This document shows positions 1-6,886 of a DNA stretch of 31,885 nt, in pieces. The position numbers were made by a program, and so were the translations under genes. Source of the DNA: a virus (Duplodnaviria; Caudoviricetes). The notes beneath the pieces are model-generated. The model made no database searches. It had not been told where the DNA came from and was given only the letters and a program-made list of their open reading frames with translations. The stretch lies in the IMG/VR virus record IMGVR_UViG_3300017778_005731, positions 1-31,885 of that record, one strand, 5' to 3'. Position 1 is the stretch's first letter, and the number at the start of each line of letters is the position of its first letter.

Positions 1-16
1 CGAAGGAGTTGATCGC

Positions 17-220
17 GTGAGGTACAAAGCCCTCAACGATTTTACAGTTCAAGCAATTATTTTTCTGTGGTCAATTAAAGTTCCAGTTGGTCATTTCGTA
101 ATCTGCGAAACTTGCGACGCGGACGACATTGTCTTAACAAAAGAGAATGCTCGTAAGTTCCACGCCCTACATGGTGGGATGCACCGTCACCCAAGCAGAA
201 ACTTTAAGTTAATCGCTTAA
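17..220 (+). CDS. hypothetical protein (CxxC plus His-rich, possible metal binding)
   Basis: AAGGAG at 3-8 before GTG start; CETC and HALHGGMHRH in the translation; followed by a terminator. Confidence 0.65.
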   Translation: MRYKALNDFTVQAIIFLWSIKVPVGHFVICETCDADDIVLTKENARKFHALHGGMHRHPSRNFKLIA

Positions 221-228
221 GCCCATGA

Positions 229-260
229 AAAGCCCTCCGCCGAAACGCGGAGGGTTTTTC
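229..260 (+). terminator. intrinsic terminator
   Basis: AGCCCTCCGC/GCGGAGGGTT stem followed by a T-tract. Confidence 0.85.
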
Positions 261-263
261 TAT

Positions 264-292
264 TTGACAAACACCAAGAGATGCCGTAAAAT
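264..292 (+). promoter_or_regulatory. sigma70/SigA-type promoter
   Basis: TTGACA-17 bp-TAAAAT. Confidence 0.85.
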
Positions 293-336
293 TCAATTAT
301 GAAGTCAAGGGGCTTTATGAAAAGAAGGGAACTAAA

Positions 337-495
337 ATGGAAACAAGATTAGGATCCGGCGCAAGTTGCGCAAGTTGCGATCAGCAGAGTCCAAGAAAGT
401 TTGTATGGAACAACTGGCACATCTGGGCTTGTAACGTGGAGTGCGCTAACCAAGCGCGTTACGCTTACCTAGCCGTAATATTGGCTAAGAAGTAA
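337..495 (+). CDS. 52-aa Cys-motif microprotein (CxxC...CxxxC)
   Basis: Not in the ORF track; translated by hand as METRLGSGASCASCDQQSPRKFVWNNWHIWACNVECANQARYAYLAVILAKK; RBS GAAGGGAA at 324-331. Confidence 0.75.
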   Translation: METRLGSGASCASCDQQSPRKFVWNNWHIWACNVECANQARYAYLAVILAKK

Positions 496-496
496 G

Positions 497-598
497 ATGA
501 GTTACATTTATCTAAATTGCTGGCGTTGCGGTCAGGCTATGAAGGTGCAGGAAAGAAAGTACATTCACGGTTTGTGTTGCGGCAAGTGCAATAAATAA
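497..598 (+). CDS. 33-aa zinc-ribbon microprotein
   Basis: Translated by hand as MSYIYLNCWRCGQAMKVQERKYIHGLCCGKCNK; two CxxC pairs; starts 1 nt after the upstream stop. Confidence 0.65.
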   Translation: MSYIYLNCWRCGQAMKVQERKYIHGLCCGKCNK

Positions 599-627
599 CT
601 CAAATAAGAGTTGTGCTAAAGTTGAAG

Positions 628-748
628 AGTTCCGTCGAGCGGGTCTTTTCTCCCTTCGTCCTAGCTCCGGAATACGGATAGGGTAATCCCTTTAACCTAT
701 CCCTAAGCGCGTCACCTTATTCCCTTTTGGTGGCGCGTTTAGTTTTTC
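628..748 (+). ncRNA. candidate sRNA: three hairpins with UCCCUU loops, the last acting as terminator
   Basis: Stems 630-643/659-672 (imperfect), 676-682/696-702 and 703-716/729-742 followed by TTTTT; each loop contains TCCCTT; possible extended -10 TGcTAAAGT at 614-622. Confidence 0.6.
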
Positions 749-759
749 CTAAACGCGGT

Positions 760-788
760 TTGACAAGCTGGGAAATTGGTAATAGATT
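760..788 (+). promoter_or_regulatory. sigma70/SigA-type promoter
   Basis: TTGACA-17 bp-TAGATT. Confidence 0.8.
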
Positions 789-829
789 GAATAAATCAAG
801 TAATGACAAACTACAAAGAAAGGTAAAAA

Positions 830-1405
830 ATGTCGCGTTTAGAGGGAACAAAAAAAGTTGTCGTTGGACAACGAACTATTAAACAGCAGCACCAGGAGCT
901 TCCAGCTTCAGCAATAAAAACTATCGAGGGGTTAGATAATAGCTCAGATAGGGATGAATACATCAAGATGTTAAGAGAAGCTGGGTGGACACTACAAAGT
1001 ATTGCTAGTGCACATGGAGTGACTCGTGAGCGTGTACGACAGATTGCAGCAGAGCCTCGCATGTACTTTGAAGATGTCAAGTCTTTAGAAGTTCCAGCAG
1101 CTCCAAATCGAACTGTCAATGTTTTTAAGTCTATTGAAATAGAACTAGATCCTGCGGTAACTGCAAGAATGATTGAACTGTCTATACTGGCTCGGAAGCC
1201 TATAACTAACTCTGCGGAGGCGTTTGAGTTTGTTGCCTTACTGAATCAGGAGATTGAACGTGGGGTAAGTGGTATTCGCCTAGCCAAGGTGCTAGGAATT
1301 AACCACTCGTCAATTTATGCTCGGTTAGCCAGATACGGTTACCGGGAAACCAAAGCCGTGTCAAAGCACATGCAATTAAATAAAAACTTAGTCGTGGCTA
1401 AATAA
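830..1405 (+). CDS. double helix-turn-helix DNA-binding protein
   Basis: GWTLQSIASAHGVTRERVRQI (sigma region 4-like HTH) and GVSGIRLAKVLGINHSSIYARL (second HTH). Confidence 0.8.
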   Translation: MSRLEGTKKVVVGQRTIKQQHQELPASAIKTIEGLDNSSDRDEYIKMLREAGWTLQSIASAHGVTRERVRQIAAEPRMYFEDVKSLEVPAAPNRTVNVFKSIEIELDPAVTARMIELSILARKPITNSAEAFEFVALLNQEIERGVSGIRLAKVLGINHSSIYARLARYGYRETKAVSKHMQLNKNLVVAK

Positions 1406-1408
1406 CGC

Positions 1409-1437
1409 TTGACTTTGTCAGACAGGTGTGTTACCCT
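1409..1437 (+). promoter_or_regulatory. sigma70/SigA-type promoter
   Basis: TTGACT-17 bp-TACCCT with a TG extension. Confidence 0.7.
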
Positions 1438-1464
1438 TATGTCATAGGCGGAAGGGAGAATAAA

Positions 1465-1692
1465 ATGCCTAAGTTAAAGTCAGACTTTCACACTCTGTAT
1501 TACAGTGGTTTGGAAGGCGCAACAATAGTACGGTTCGTAGAAATGCGAGGCGATGAATTCGGTGGAAAACCATTCCCCGTATTTTTAGTCAAGTTTGCTG
1601 ATGACTCAATTGGTGAAATTGAAATCTCGCAGGACGAGGAAGGAAATGGCGGAGGGTTCGTATTCGGACTCCCAAGCCCTTTCAGCGAATAA
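1465..1692 (+). CDS. hypothetical protein
   Basis: Start moved from 1426 to ATG 1465 because RBS GAAGGGAGAA lies at 1451-1460 and the promoter overlaps 1426; ends SQDEEGNGGGFVFG. Confidence 0.8.
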   Translation: MPKLKSDFHTLYYSGLEGATIVRFVEMRGDEFGGKPFPVFLVKFADDSIGEIEISQDEEGNGGGFVFGLPSPFSE

Positions 1693-1700
1693 GAAGTACG

Positions 1701-1730
1701 GAAAGCCCCTTGCGAAAGCAGGGGGTTTTC
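1701..1730 (+). terminator. intrinsic terminator
   Basis: GAAAGCCCCTTGC-GAAA-GCAGGGGGTTTTC. Confidence 0.9.
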
Positions 1731-1737
1731 TATTTTC

Positions 1738-1766
1738 TTGACTTATCCGAACTAGTTAGGTAGATT
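1738..1766 (+). promoter_or_regulatory. promoter, probably giving a leaderless mRNA
   Basis: TTGACT-17 bp-TAGATT; ATG 1773 lies 6 nt downstream with no SD. Confidence 0.75.
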
Positions 1767-1772
1767 AAAGTT

Positions 1773-1997
1773 ATGAAGTATGTAGTAACAATGATGAGCT
1801 CTCGAGGTAGAGAGGTAAAAATTCCTTTGGGAAGAGCCCAGGCTAGCCTTGGATTAGCGATTGCGTATGCTCACAAACAGATGTCGCTGGATAAGTCCTC
1901 TGCTGTTGCAATTATCAGAGAGGTAAGCCCTGGAGGAACTAGCAGAGTCGTTAAGACAGTTGCTCCAAGCGATAGATACACCACCGTTTTTAAGTAG
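1773..1997 (+). CDS. hypothetical basic protein
   Basis: 74-aa ORF directly behind a promoter. Confidence 0.65.
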   Translation: MKYVVTMMSSRGREVKIPLGRAQASLGLAIAYAHKQMSLDKSSAVAIIREVSPGGTSRVVKTVAPSDRYTTVFK

Positions 1998-2046
1998 TAA
2001 ATTCAAGGAAAAATAGCCCTTATAGAACTGCGGTAATCTCGCTACT

Positions 2047-2322
2047 ATGAGCAAATTAGAAATTGTCCAGAGCGCGTACCACACCAACCGAGATGGCGAA
2101 TCCTTTGTAGTTGCTATCGTTGATGACGCGGAGAACGATGACACTAAGCTGGTAATTATGTTTCAAGATGATGGATACACTGCGGTTCTATCTCTGGATC
2201 AGCTCATTGACGAAGAAGACATCTCGGAAAAAACTAATAACTGGGACCCAATTAAATACGAAGAGCGACTTCGCACACCGCTTTGGGATGAAGACGACGA
2301 CTCCTACGAGTTTGTGTACTAA
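2047..2322 (+). CDS. hypothetical acidic protein
   Basis: 91-aa Asp/Glu-rich ORF, 2 nt from the next gene. Confidence 0.75.
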   Translation: MSKLEIVQSAYHTNRDGESFVVAIVDDAENDDTKLVIMFQDDGYTAVLSLDQLIDEEDISEKTNNWDPIKYEERLRTPLWDEDDDSYEFVY

Positions 2323-2324
2323 CT

Positions 2325-2894
2325 ATGACAACTATCGCCGCCATTCAAGGGGATGGCTGGTCAATTATTGGCTACGACTCTCGCTTATCTCGCGGTGACT
2401 CTGGCGGTCGTATCTACACGCTGCCGAAAAGCAATGGGAAAGTTGTAAAAAGGGATAGATACTTAATTGGTGCAGCTGGTGATTTAAGAGCTATCAACTT
2501 AATTTCCGATGTAGTTAAGCTGCCAGATCCTGGGGAGCTCACTGGAGCTAAGCTTGATAAATTTTTTACCTCGTTTGTAGTTCCAACTATCCGCAGCTGC
2601 TTCGAGGCTGCGGGATACGGAAAAGATGGAGCTCAGGAATCTCAACTAATAGTTTCTATAGCTGGCCAGCTCTTTGAGCTCGGCGAAGGTTATGAGTGGA
2701 GTAAAGATACAAGTGGGCTGTACGGGATTGGTAGCGGTGGAGATTACGCAATAGGGTCATTACACTCAATCGTTGAAAAGAACTGCTCACTTGAAAGCGC
2801 TAAGGAACACCTAAAGACCGCTCTAGCAGTAGCAATAAATTTAGATCCATCCTCAGGTGGACCTATAAACATAGTTACGCAGGAAAGCCACTAA
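2325..2894 (+). CDS. proteasome beta-subunit/HslV-like Ntn threonine peptidase
   Basis: N-terminal M-T-T-I-A, DSR, a Lys near position 40, IGAAGD, GIGSGGDYAIG and DPSSGGPI match the Ntn-hydrolase pattern. Confidence 0.88.
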   Translation: MTTIAAIQGDGWSIIGYDSRLSRGDSGGRIYTLPKSNGKVVKRDRYLIGAAGDLRAINLISDVVKLPDPGELTGAKLDKFFTSFVVPTIRSCFEAAGYGKDGAQESQLIVSIAGQLFELGEGYEWSKDTSGLYGIGSGGDYAIGSLHSIVEKNCSLESAKEHLKTALAVAINLDPSSGGPINIVTQESH

Positions 2895-2986
2895 AAGAAA
2901 AAAGCCCCCCTTTCGGGAGGCTGGCCCGGATAGCAGCTGTAGCTGACTGGAGGTAAAAAAAGTATCAGCTACTTGGGCGCGGCGCA

Positions 2987-3014
2987 TTGACTTTCCTGGG
3001 GAAGCTGGTAAGCT
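2987..3014 (+). promoter_or_regulatory. promoter for the methyltransferase, probably leaderless
   Basis: TTGACT-16 bp-TAAGCT; ATG 3021 lies 6 nt downstream. Confidence 0.6.
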
Positions 3015-3020
3015 TACGGC

Positions 3021-3773
3021 ATGGGAAACTTTGTATCTTTATTTGCAGGTGTTGGCGGCTTTGATTTAGGTCTTGAAGCTGGTGGACATAAATGTGTTGG
3101 TCAGGTTGACATTGACAAGAAGTGCCTCGCCGTATTGGAAAAGCATTGGCCAGATGTGCCAAAGCATAATGATGTAGTAACAGCAAAGGAATGGGCTGAT
3201 GAGCAAAACCTCGTTGGAAAAGTTGACATTGTCTGCGGAGGATTTCCGTGTCAAGACGTTAGCGTTGCAGGAAAAAGGGCTGGGCTGGCTGGTGCCAGGA
3301 CTGGACTCTTCTTTGATGCACTCTCTTTCGCGACGCATGTCAAGGCAACAACTCTCATCCTGGAGAATGTCCCAGGACTTTTATCAAGCAACAACGGACG
3401 CGATTTCGGAGTCGTCCTCACTAGTCTGGCCGACGCAGGGTATAGCGACATCCAATGGCGCGTTCTTGATTCGCAGTTCTTCGGAGTCCCCCAGCGTCGC
3501 CGTAGAGTCTTCATTGTCGCAAGTCTTGGAAACGGAAGTTTCCCCGAAATACTCATTGAGCGCGAAAGCAGCCGAGGGGATCATCCGGCGGGCGGAGCGT
3601 CGCGGGAAAACATTACCAGAGCCGCTGAAGAAAGCGCTACAAACAGTAGTGGACGCAGCAGCAACGAGCAGCGAGTAGGTAGCTTCGAGCTGTGGACTTT
3701 CCCAGAAGAAGATAAATCACCAGCTCTTTCTGCTCGGAGAGCTAGTGACATGCTGCAGTATCCAGCTGAGTAA
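3021..3773 (+). CDS. C5 cytosine DNA methyltransferase, N-terminal catalytic part (motifs I-VIII)
   Basis: SLFAGVGGF (I), GGFPCQD (IV), ILENVPG (VI), PQRRRRVF (VIII). Confidence 0.95.
   Translation: MGNFVSLFAGVGGFDLGLEAGGHKCVGQVDIDKKCLAVLEKHWPDVPKHNDVVTAKEWADEQNLVGKVDIVCGGFPCQDVSVAGKRAGLAGARTGLFFDALSFATHVKATTLILENVPGLLSSNNGRDFGVVLTSLADAGYSDIQWRVLDSQFFGVPQRRRRVFIVASLGNGSFPEILIERESSRGDHPAGGASRENITRAAEESATNSSGRSSNEQRVGSFELWTFPEEDKSPALSARRASDMLQYPAE
3199..3678 (+). CDS. overlapping +1-frame ORF inside the methyltransferase (possible second subunit)
   Basis: Open 159 codons; C-terminus SLSQVLETEVSPKYSLSAKAAEGIIRRAERRGKTLP resembles the L-x-D-I-L-E...KYYLS segment that follows motif VIII in many C5 MTases; start uncertain (3199, 3337 or 3367). 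Confidence 0.6.
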   Translation: MSKTSLEKLTLSAEDFRVKTLALQEKGLGWLVPGLDSSLMHSLSRRMSRQQLSSWRMSQDFYQATTDAISESSSLVWPTQGIATSNGAFLIRSSSESPSVAVESSLSQVLETEVSPKYSLSAKAAEGIIRRAERRGKTLPEPLKKALQTVVDAAATSSE

Positions 3774-3785
3774 GGTAAAAATTCT

Positions 3786-4373
3786 ATGCCAAGCTGGTAT
3801 GTGAAAACTATTCGCAGCGGAGCTCGAGCTGCAGATGGCTCTCTTCCGGCGGATGTTTGGACTGAAGGAGTCGTGCATCCAACATTAAATGTGTTTGATG
3901 TTGGGGATACACGAGCTGTAGTAATAGTTGTTGAGGATGAAATGCCAGCTTACCCGATTCAAGGAACAGTAATTGGTCGCAAAGATACTGCTGGACCACA
4001 AGGAAAAGGTCATGGGGAAGCAGATGACCCAATGTACACGCTTGACACAACAGGAGGTCACGCCGTGGCTATGACAGAAGATAATGAAACAATCGTGTTC
4101 CACCCACACAGAACAGATGGATTCCGTATTCAGGGTGACACAGTCAATACGCTTACGGCTTTTATGGGTACGGGAGGATTAAATACGCCAATGGTTGCTA
4201 CAAGTAAGGTTCGCCGCCTCACACCAGTTGAGTGCGAAAGGCTGCAGGGATTCCCTGATGGCTGGACTGCGGTAGACGAAAAGACAGCTGATTCCCACAG
4301 ATACAAGCAAATGGGTAACGCGGTTACTACCAATGTGGTTGCTTGGGTAGGCAAAAGAATACCCGTTTTATAA
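3786..4373 (+). CDS. C5 cytosine DNA methyltransferase, C-terminal part (TRD repeats plus motifs IX-X)
   Basis: PTL/YTL/NTL TRD-type segments, RRLTPVECERLQGFPDGWT (IX), YKQMGNAV (X); same frame as 3021. Confidence 0.92.
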   Translation: MPSWYVKTIRSGARAADGSLPADVWTEGVVHPTLNVFDVGDTRAVVIVVEDEMPAYPIQGTVIGRKDTAGPQGKGHGEADDPMYTLDTTGGHAVAMTEDNETIVFHPHRTDGFRIQGDTVNTLTAFMGTGGLNTPMVATSKVRRLTPVECERLQGFPDGWTAVDEKTADSHRYKQMGNAVTTNVVAWVGKRIPVL

Positions 4374-4422
4374 CGATTTGATAACAACCAAAAAGCCCGT
4401 AGTTATTATCTTTTAGGTAGAT

Positions 4423-4451
4423 TTGACAATAGCAGCCTCTCGTGTTACCCT
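4423..4451 (+). promoter_or_regulatory. sigma70/SigA-type promoter
   Basis: TTGACA-17 bp-TACCCT with a TG extension; same GTGTTACCCTTA as the 1409 promoter. Confidence 0.75.
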
Positions 4452-4481
4452 TAAAGTAATCCTTAAGAGAGGGAGAACATA

Positions 4482-5069
4482 ATGACAAAAAACACAAATA
4501 CGAAAGTTAAACAAACAACTGGCGGAATTGAAGCTCCTGACTACTCAGACTTCATTGACGGTATGCCTTTATGGAGTAATGTCCTTGACGGGCTCTGGGT
4601 AGGCGGAACAGATAACAACGACACCCTAGGTGATCATCGCGCGTGGAGCGGTAGACAAGCCTTCATTACGCCTGAGTTCTTTGACACGGTAGTAACTATG
4701 TACCAATACGCCAATCCAGTTGATTGGTTTGTAAAGGAATACCGCTACTGCATCTATGACTCAGACGTTAGCCACTTCGACTGGAGCGAATTATTCGATA
4801 CAGCCAAATTTGCACACAAGGAGTGGAAGGCTGGGAAGCGCTTGTTGATTCGTTGCCAAGCAGGGCTCAACCGTGCTGGACTTGTTACGGCTCTTGTGCT
4901 TATCCGTGAGGGCTACTCACCTGAAGAAGCAATCGCTTTAATCAGGAAGAAGCGGAGTTCTATGTCTCTATTCAACAAGCAGTTCGTACAGTTCCTTAAG
5001 ACAATTGACGTTGAGATGTGGCGTGGAGATGTTTATATTCCCCGCGTGTCGGACATTGACACTAACTGA
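4482..5069 (+). CDS. dual-specificity/tyrosine phosphatase family protein
   Basis: GLWVGG, LLIRCQAGLNRAG (CX5R P-loop), EAIALIRKKR; RBS GAGGGAGAA. Confidence 0.9.
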   Translation: MTKNTNTKVKQTTGGIEAPDYSDFIDGMPLWSNVLDGLWVGGTDNNDTLGDHRAWSGRQAFITPEFFDTVVTMYQYANPVDWFVKEYRYCIYDSDVSHFDWSELFDTAKFAHKEWKAGKRLLIRCQAGLNRAGLVTALVLIREGYSPEEAIALIRKKRSSMSLFNKQFVQFLKTIDVEMWRGDVYIPRVSDIDTN

Positions 5070-5085
5070 GAAAGTGTGATACCTT
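5056..5085 (+). promoter_or_regulatory. sigma70/SigA-type promoter
   Basis: TTGACA-18 bp-TACCTT with a TG extension. Confidence 0.65.
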
Positions 5086-5124
5086 TAGAAAGTCGCAAGG
5101 GCGACAAAAACAAAAGGAGAAACA

Positions 5125-5283
5125 ATGAACCTCACAAAGCGTGGAGTTATAGTACGAAACATTTCTATCGTTCTACTAGTTCTTGTAGCGGTTGTAGTGG
5201 CTGAAAGAGTTACCACACCAGATGCTTGCAAGGTAGAATTTAGTCAAATGTCGCAAGGTTGTAAGGACTTGCTCTACCCATAA
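5125..5283 (+). CDS. 52-aa single-TM membrane protein
   Basis: Translated by hand as MNLTKRGVIVRNISIVLLVLVAVVVAERVTTPDACKVEFSQMSQGCKDLLYP; RBS AAGGAG. Confidence 0.8.
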   Translation: MNLTKRGVIVRNISIVLLVLVAVVVAERVTTPDACKVEFSQMSQGCKDLLYP

Positions 5284-5315
5284 GGGTAGGGCTTGTCCTA
5301 TTTCTAAGGAGAAAA

Positions 5316-5468
5316 ATGAATAGCACTAACATAATTTGGACAGCTGTTTTGTCAGCTCTCTGCGGTATTGGCTGCATAGCAGCTGCACTTGCACACAACA
5401 CGGACCTGGTGATTGGCCTTGGTCTCGTTTCAGTTTCAGCTGCTCTTCTGTCCGGACGCGAGCTCTAG
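5316..5468 (+). CDS. 50-aa two-TM membrane protein
   Basis: Translated by hand as MNSTNIIWTAVLSALCGIGCIAAALAHNTDLVIGLGLVSVSAALLSGREL; RBS AAGGAG. Confidence 0.75.
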   Translation: MNSTNIIWTAVLSALCGIGCIAAALAHNTDLVIGLGLVSVSAALLSGREL

Positions 5469-5547
5469 GTAAAAATTTTAAACTAGGCTGCTGCGGCTCA
5501 AATTATAATTAGATCCAACAGTCCTAGAAGAAACAGGTAGACATACT

Positions 5548-5856
5548 ATGACAGAAGAATCCACTCCCGCGGAAGAACTAACTGAAGTTGCAGAAGTTGT
5601 AGAAGAGTTAGAAGCTGAGGTTGAGGTTGCGGCTGAGGCTGCGGCTGAAGAAGAAATTGCAGCAGTTGTGCCGGAGGATAATACTTCGCGAGGTAAAAAA
5701 TTTAAAGCTGCATCGGAAGCTGCGGTAGAAGTTGAAGCAGCTGAGCTGCAAGAAGTTGTTGAAGTTGTAGTACCAGCGCCAGCTGCAACACCAGCTACGG
5801 TATCGCCAGCTGCAACAAGTGGAGGAATGTCACTTTCAATTCGCAACCGGAGATAA
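5548..5856 (+). CDS. Glu/Ala/Val-rich low-complexity protein
   Basis: 102-aa very acidic ORF with a basic tip (IRNRR); followed by a terminator. Confidence 0.7.
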   Translation: MTEESTPAEELTEVAEVVEELEAEVEVAAEAAAEEEIAAVVPEDNTSRGKKFKAASEAAVEVEAAELQEVVEVVVPAPAATPATVSPAATSGGMSLSIRNRR

Positions 5857-5869
5857 TAACTTTACGAAT

Positions 5870-5917
5870 TAGCACCCAATCACTGCGATAAACTTGCGGT
5901 GTTGGGTGCTATTTTTT
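5870..5917 (+). terminator. intrinsic terminator
   Basis: TAGCACCCAAtCACTGCGA/TTGCGGTGTTGGGTGCTA stem followed by a T-tract. Confidence 0.8.
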
Positions 5918-5952
5918 AGCGCCGGTGTGAGATCAATGGAAGGACGACACCC

Positions 5953-6216
5953 ATGACAGCAATAAATAAACTGCGACAGGTTAGCCTACGCATCGTTGCG
6001 GTATTCGCTGCTTCAGGACTTTCAGTCATTGGAGCGGGTGCACTTGCTGGAGTTGAACTCTGGCAAGCGGTGTTTATGGCAGGTGTAAGCGGAGTAGCTA
6101 CGGTAGTCGAAGGACTATCCCGTGCCTATCTCAAAGACGGACAACTATCAATGGAAGAAATTGATGAAGTATTCGTTGCGGTAGATAAGAAGAATGCTCA
6201 AGCCACAGGCAAGTAA
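5953..6216 (+). CDS. two-TM membrane protein (holin-like topology)
   Basis: Two hydrophobic segments and a charged C-terminus; no endolysin nearby to confirm a holin role. Confidence 0.6.
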   Translation: MTAINKLRQVSLRIVAVFAASGLSVIGAGALAGVELWQAVFMAGVSGVATVVEGLSRAYLKDGQLSMEEIDEVFVAVDKKNAQATGK

Positions 6217-6222
6217 TCACGC

Positions 6223-6266
6223 AAACAAGTACGCCCCTTACCTTGCGGTAGGGGGCGTATCTGTTT
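6223..6266. terminator. bidirectional terminator between convergent genes
   Basis: TACGCCCCTTACC-TTGC-GGTAGGGGGCGTA between the 6216 (+) and 6276 (-) gene ends. Confidence 0.8.
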
Positions 6267-6275
6267 AGTTTGCGG

Positions 6276-6485
6276 TTAGCAGTGGCAGTTGTCACTACTG
6301 CAACAAGGCGAAGTGTCTTCAACGGTTACGGTATTCTCGTATCCACACTGCTGGCAATCAACTTCAATGTCGTTACCCATTGAACTGAATGAACTTGTTT
6401 CTATGTCTGTATTACGGTGTGCACACTCACTGCACTCAAAACTTACGGTGTAGTCGTAAGTCTCTGGGTAGTCGTAGTATCCCAT
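6276..6485 (-). CDS. zinc-ribbon protein with a Cys-rich tail
   Basis: CSEC...CQQC plus PCCSSDNCHC; RBS AAAGGGAGAA. Confidence 0.8.
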   Translation of the reverse strand: MGYYDYPETYDYTVSFECSECAHRNTDIETSSFSSMGNDIEVDCQQCGYENTVTVEDTSPCCSSDNCHC

Positions 6486-6516
6486 TTGCTTTCTCCCTTT
6501 CCTTTACGGTATCTCT

Positions 6517-6545
6517 AGTATTACACCTATGTTAGGTGTTGTCAA
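6517..6545 (-). promoter_or_regulatory. minus-strand promoter
   Basis: TTGACA-17 bp-AATACT with a TG extension; near-copy at 6858-6886. Confidence 0.7.
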
Positions 6546-6564
6546 GTCATTACCATTGCGTGTC

Positions 6565-6603
6565 AAAAAGATAACCCCCTAACCTTAAAGGCTAAGGGGC
6601 TAA
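6565..6603 (-). terminator. intrinsic terminator
   Basis: Minus strand TAGCCCCTTAGCC...GGTTAGGGGGTTA then TCTTTTT. Confidence 0.75.
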
Positions 6604-6615
6604 CTCTTATTGGAT

Positions 6616-6810
6616 TTAGATAACTGTCTCGCCTAACTTGTTTCCATAGATAGCAGAGTAGAACTCTAACTTCATAGGCAACTCTGCTTCAACTGATAGA
6701 ACCTCTACGCCCTGAACTATCTCTCGTGCTTCTTTCTGTGCCTGTGCTTCATCACTAGCCTGTACGCGACACAGGTCTCCATCTATGAACTTGACCTTGT
6801 AGTAAGTCAC
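6616..6810 (-). CDS. hypothetical protein
   Basis: Start moved to GTG 6810 behind RBS AAGGGAGAAGCAA; MTYYKVKFIDGDLCRVQASDEAQAQKEAREI. Confidence 0.75.
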   Translation of the reverse strand: MTYYKVKFIDGDLCRVQASDEAQAQKEAREIVQGVEVLSVEAELPMKLEFYSAIYGNKLGETVI

Positions 6811-6857
6811 TTGCTTCTCCCTTGTTAGAACTTCACACAACTCTGTGTGTTGTCTTT

Positions 6858-6886
6858 AGTATTACACACACTATGCTTCTTGTCAA
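6858..6886 (-). promoter_or_regulatory. minus-strand promoter
   Basis: GACTTGACAA...GTGTAATACTA shared with the 6517-6545 promoter; 17 bp spacer. Confidence 0.7.

Noticed and set aside
361-378. 9-bp tandem repeat GCAAGTTGC x2
   Set aside because: Simply encodes ASC-ASC in the CxxC motif of a microprotein
2903-2922. Terminator after the peptidase gene
   Set aside because: Short imperfect stem with no downstream T-tract on the + strand; not confident enough to call
3771-3785. Genome-wide stop-codon reassignment explaining the split methyltransferase
   Set aside because: Very long ORFs are intact in the standard code and TAA is the usual terminator here
5953-6216. Lysis cassette
   Set aside because: Holin-like topology only; no endolysin in the window
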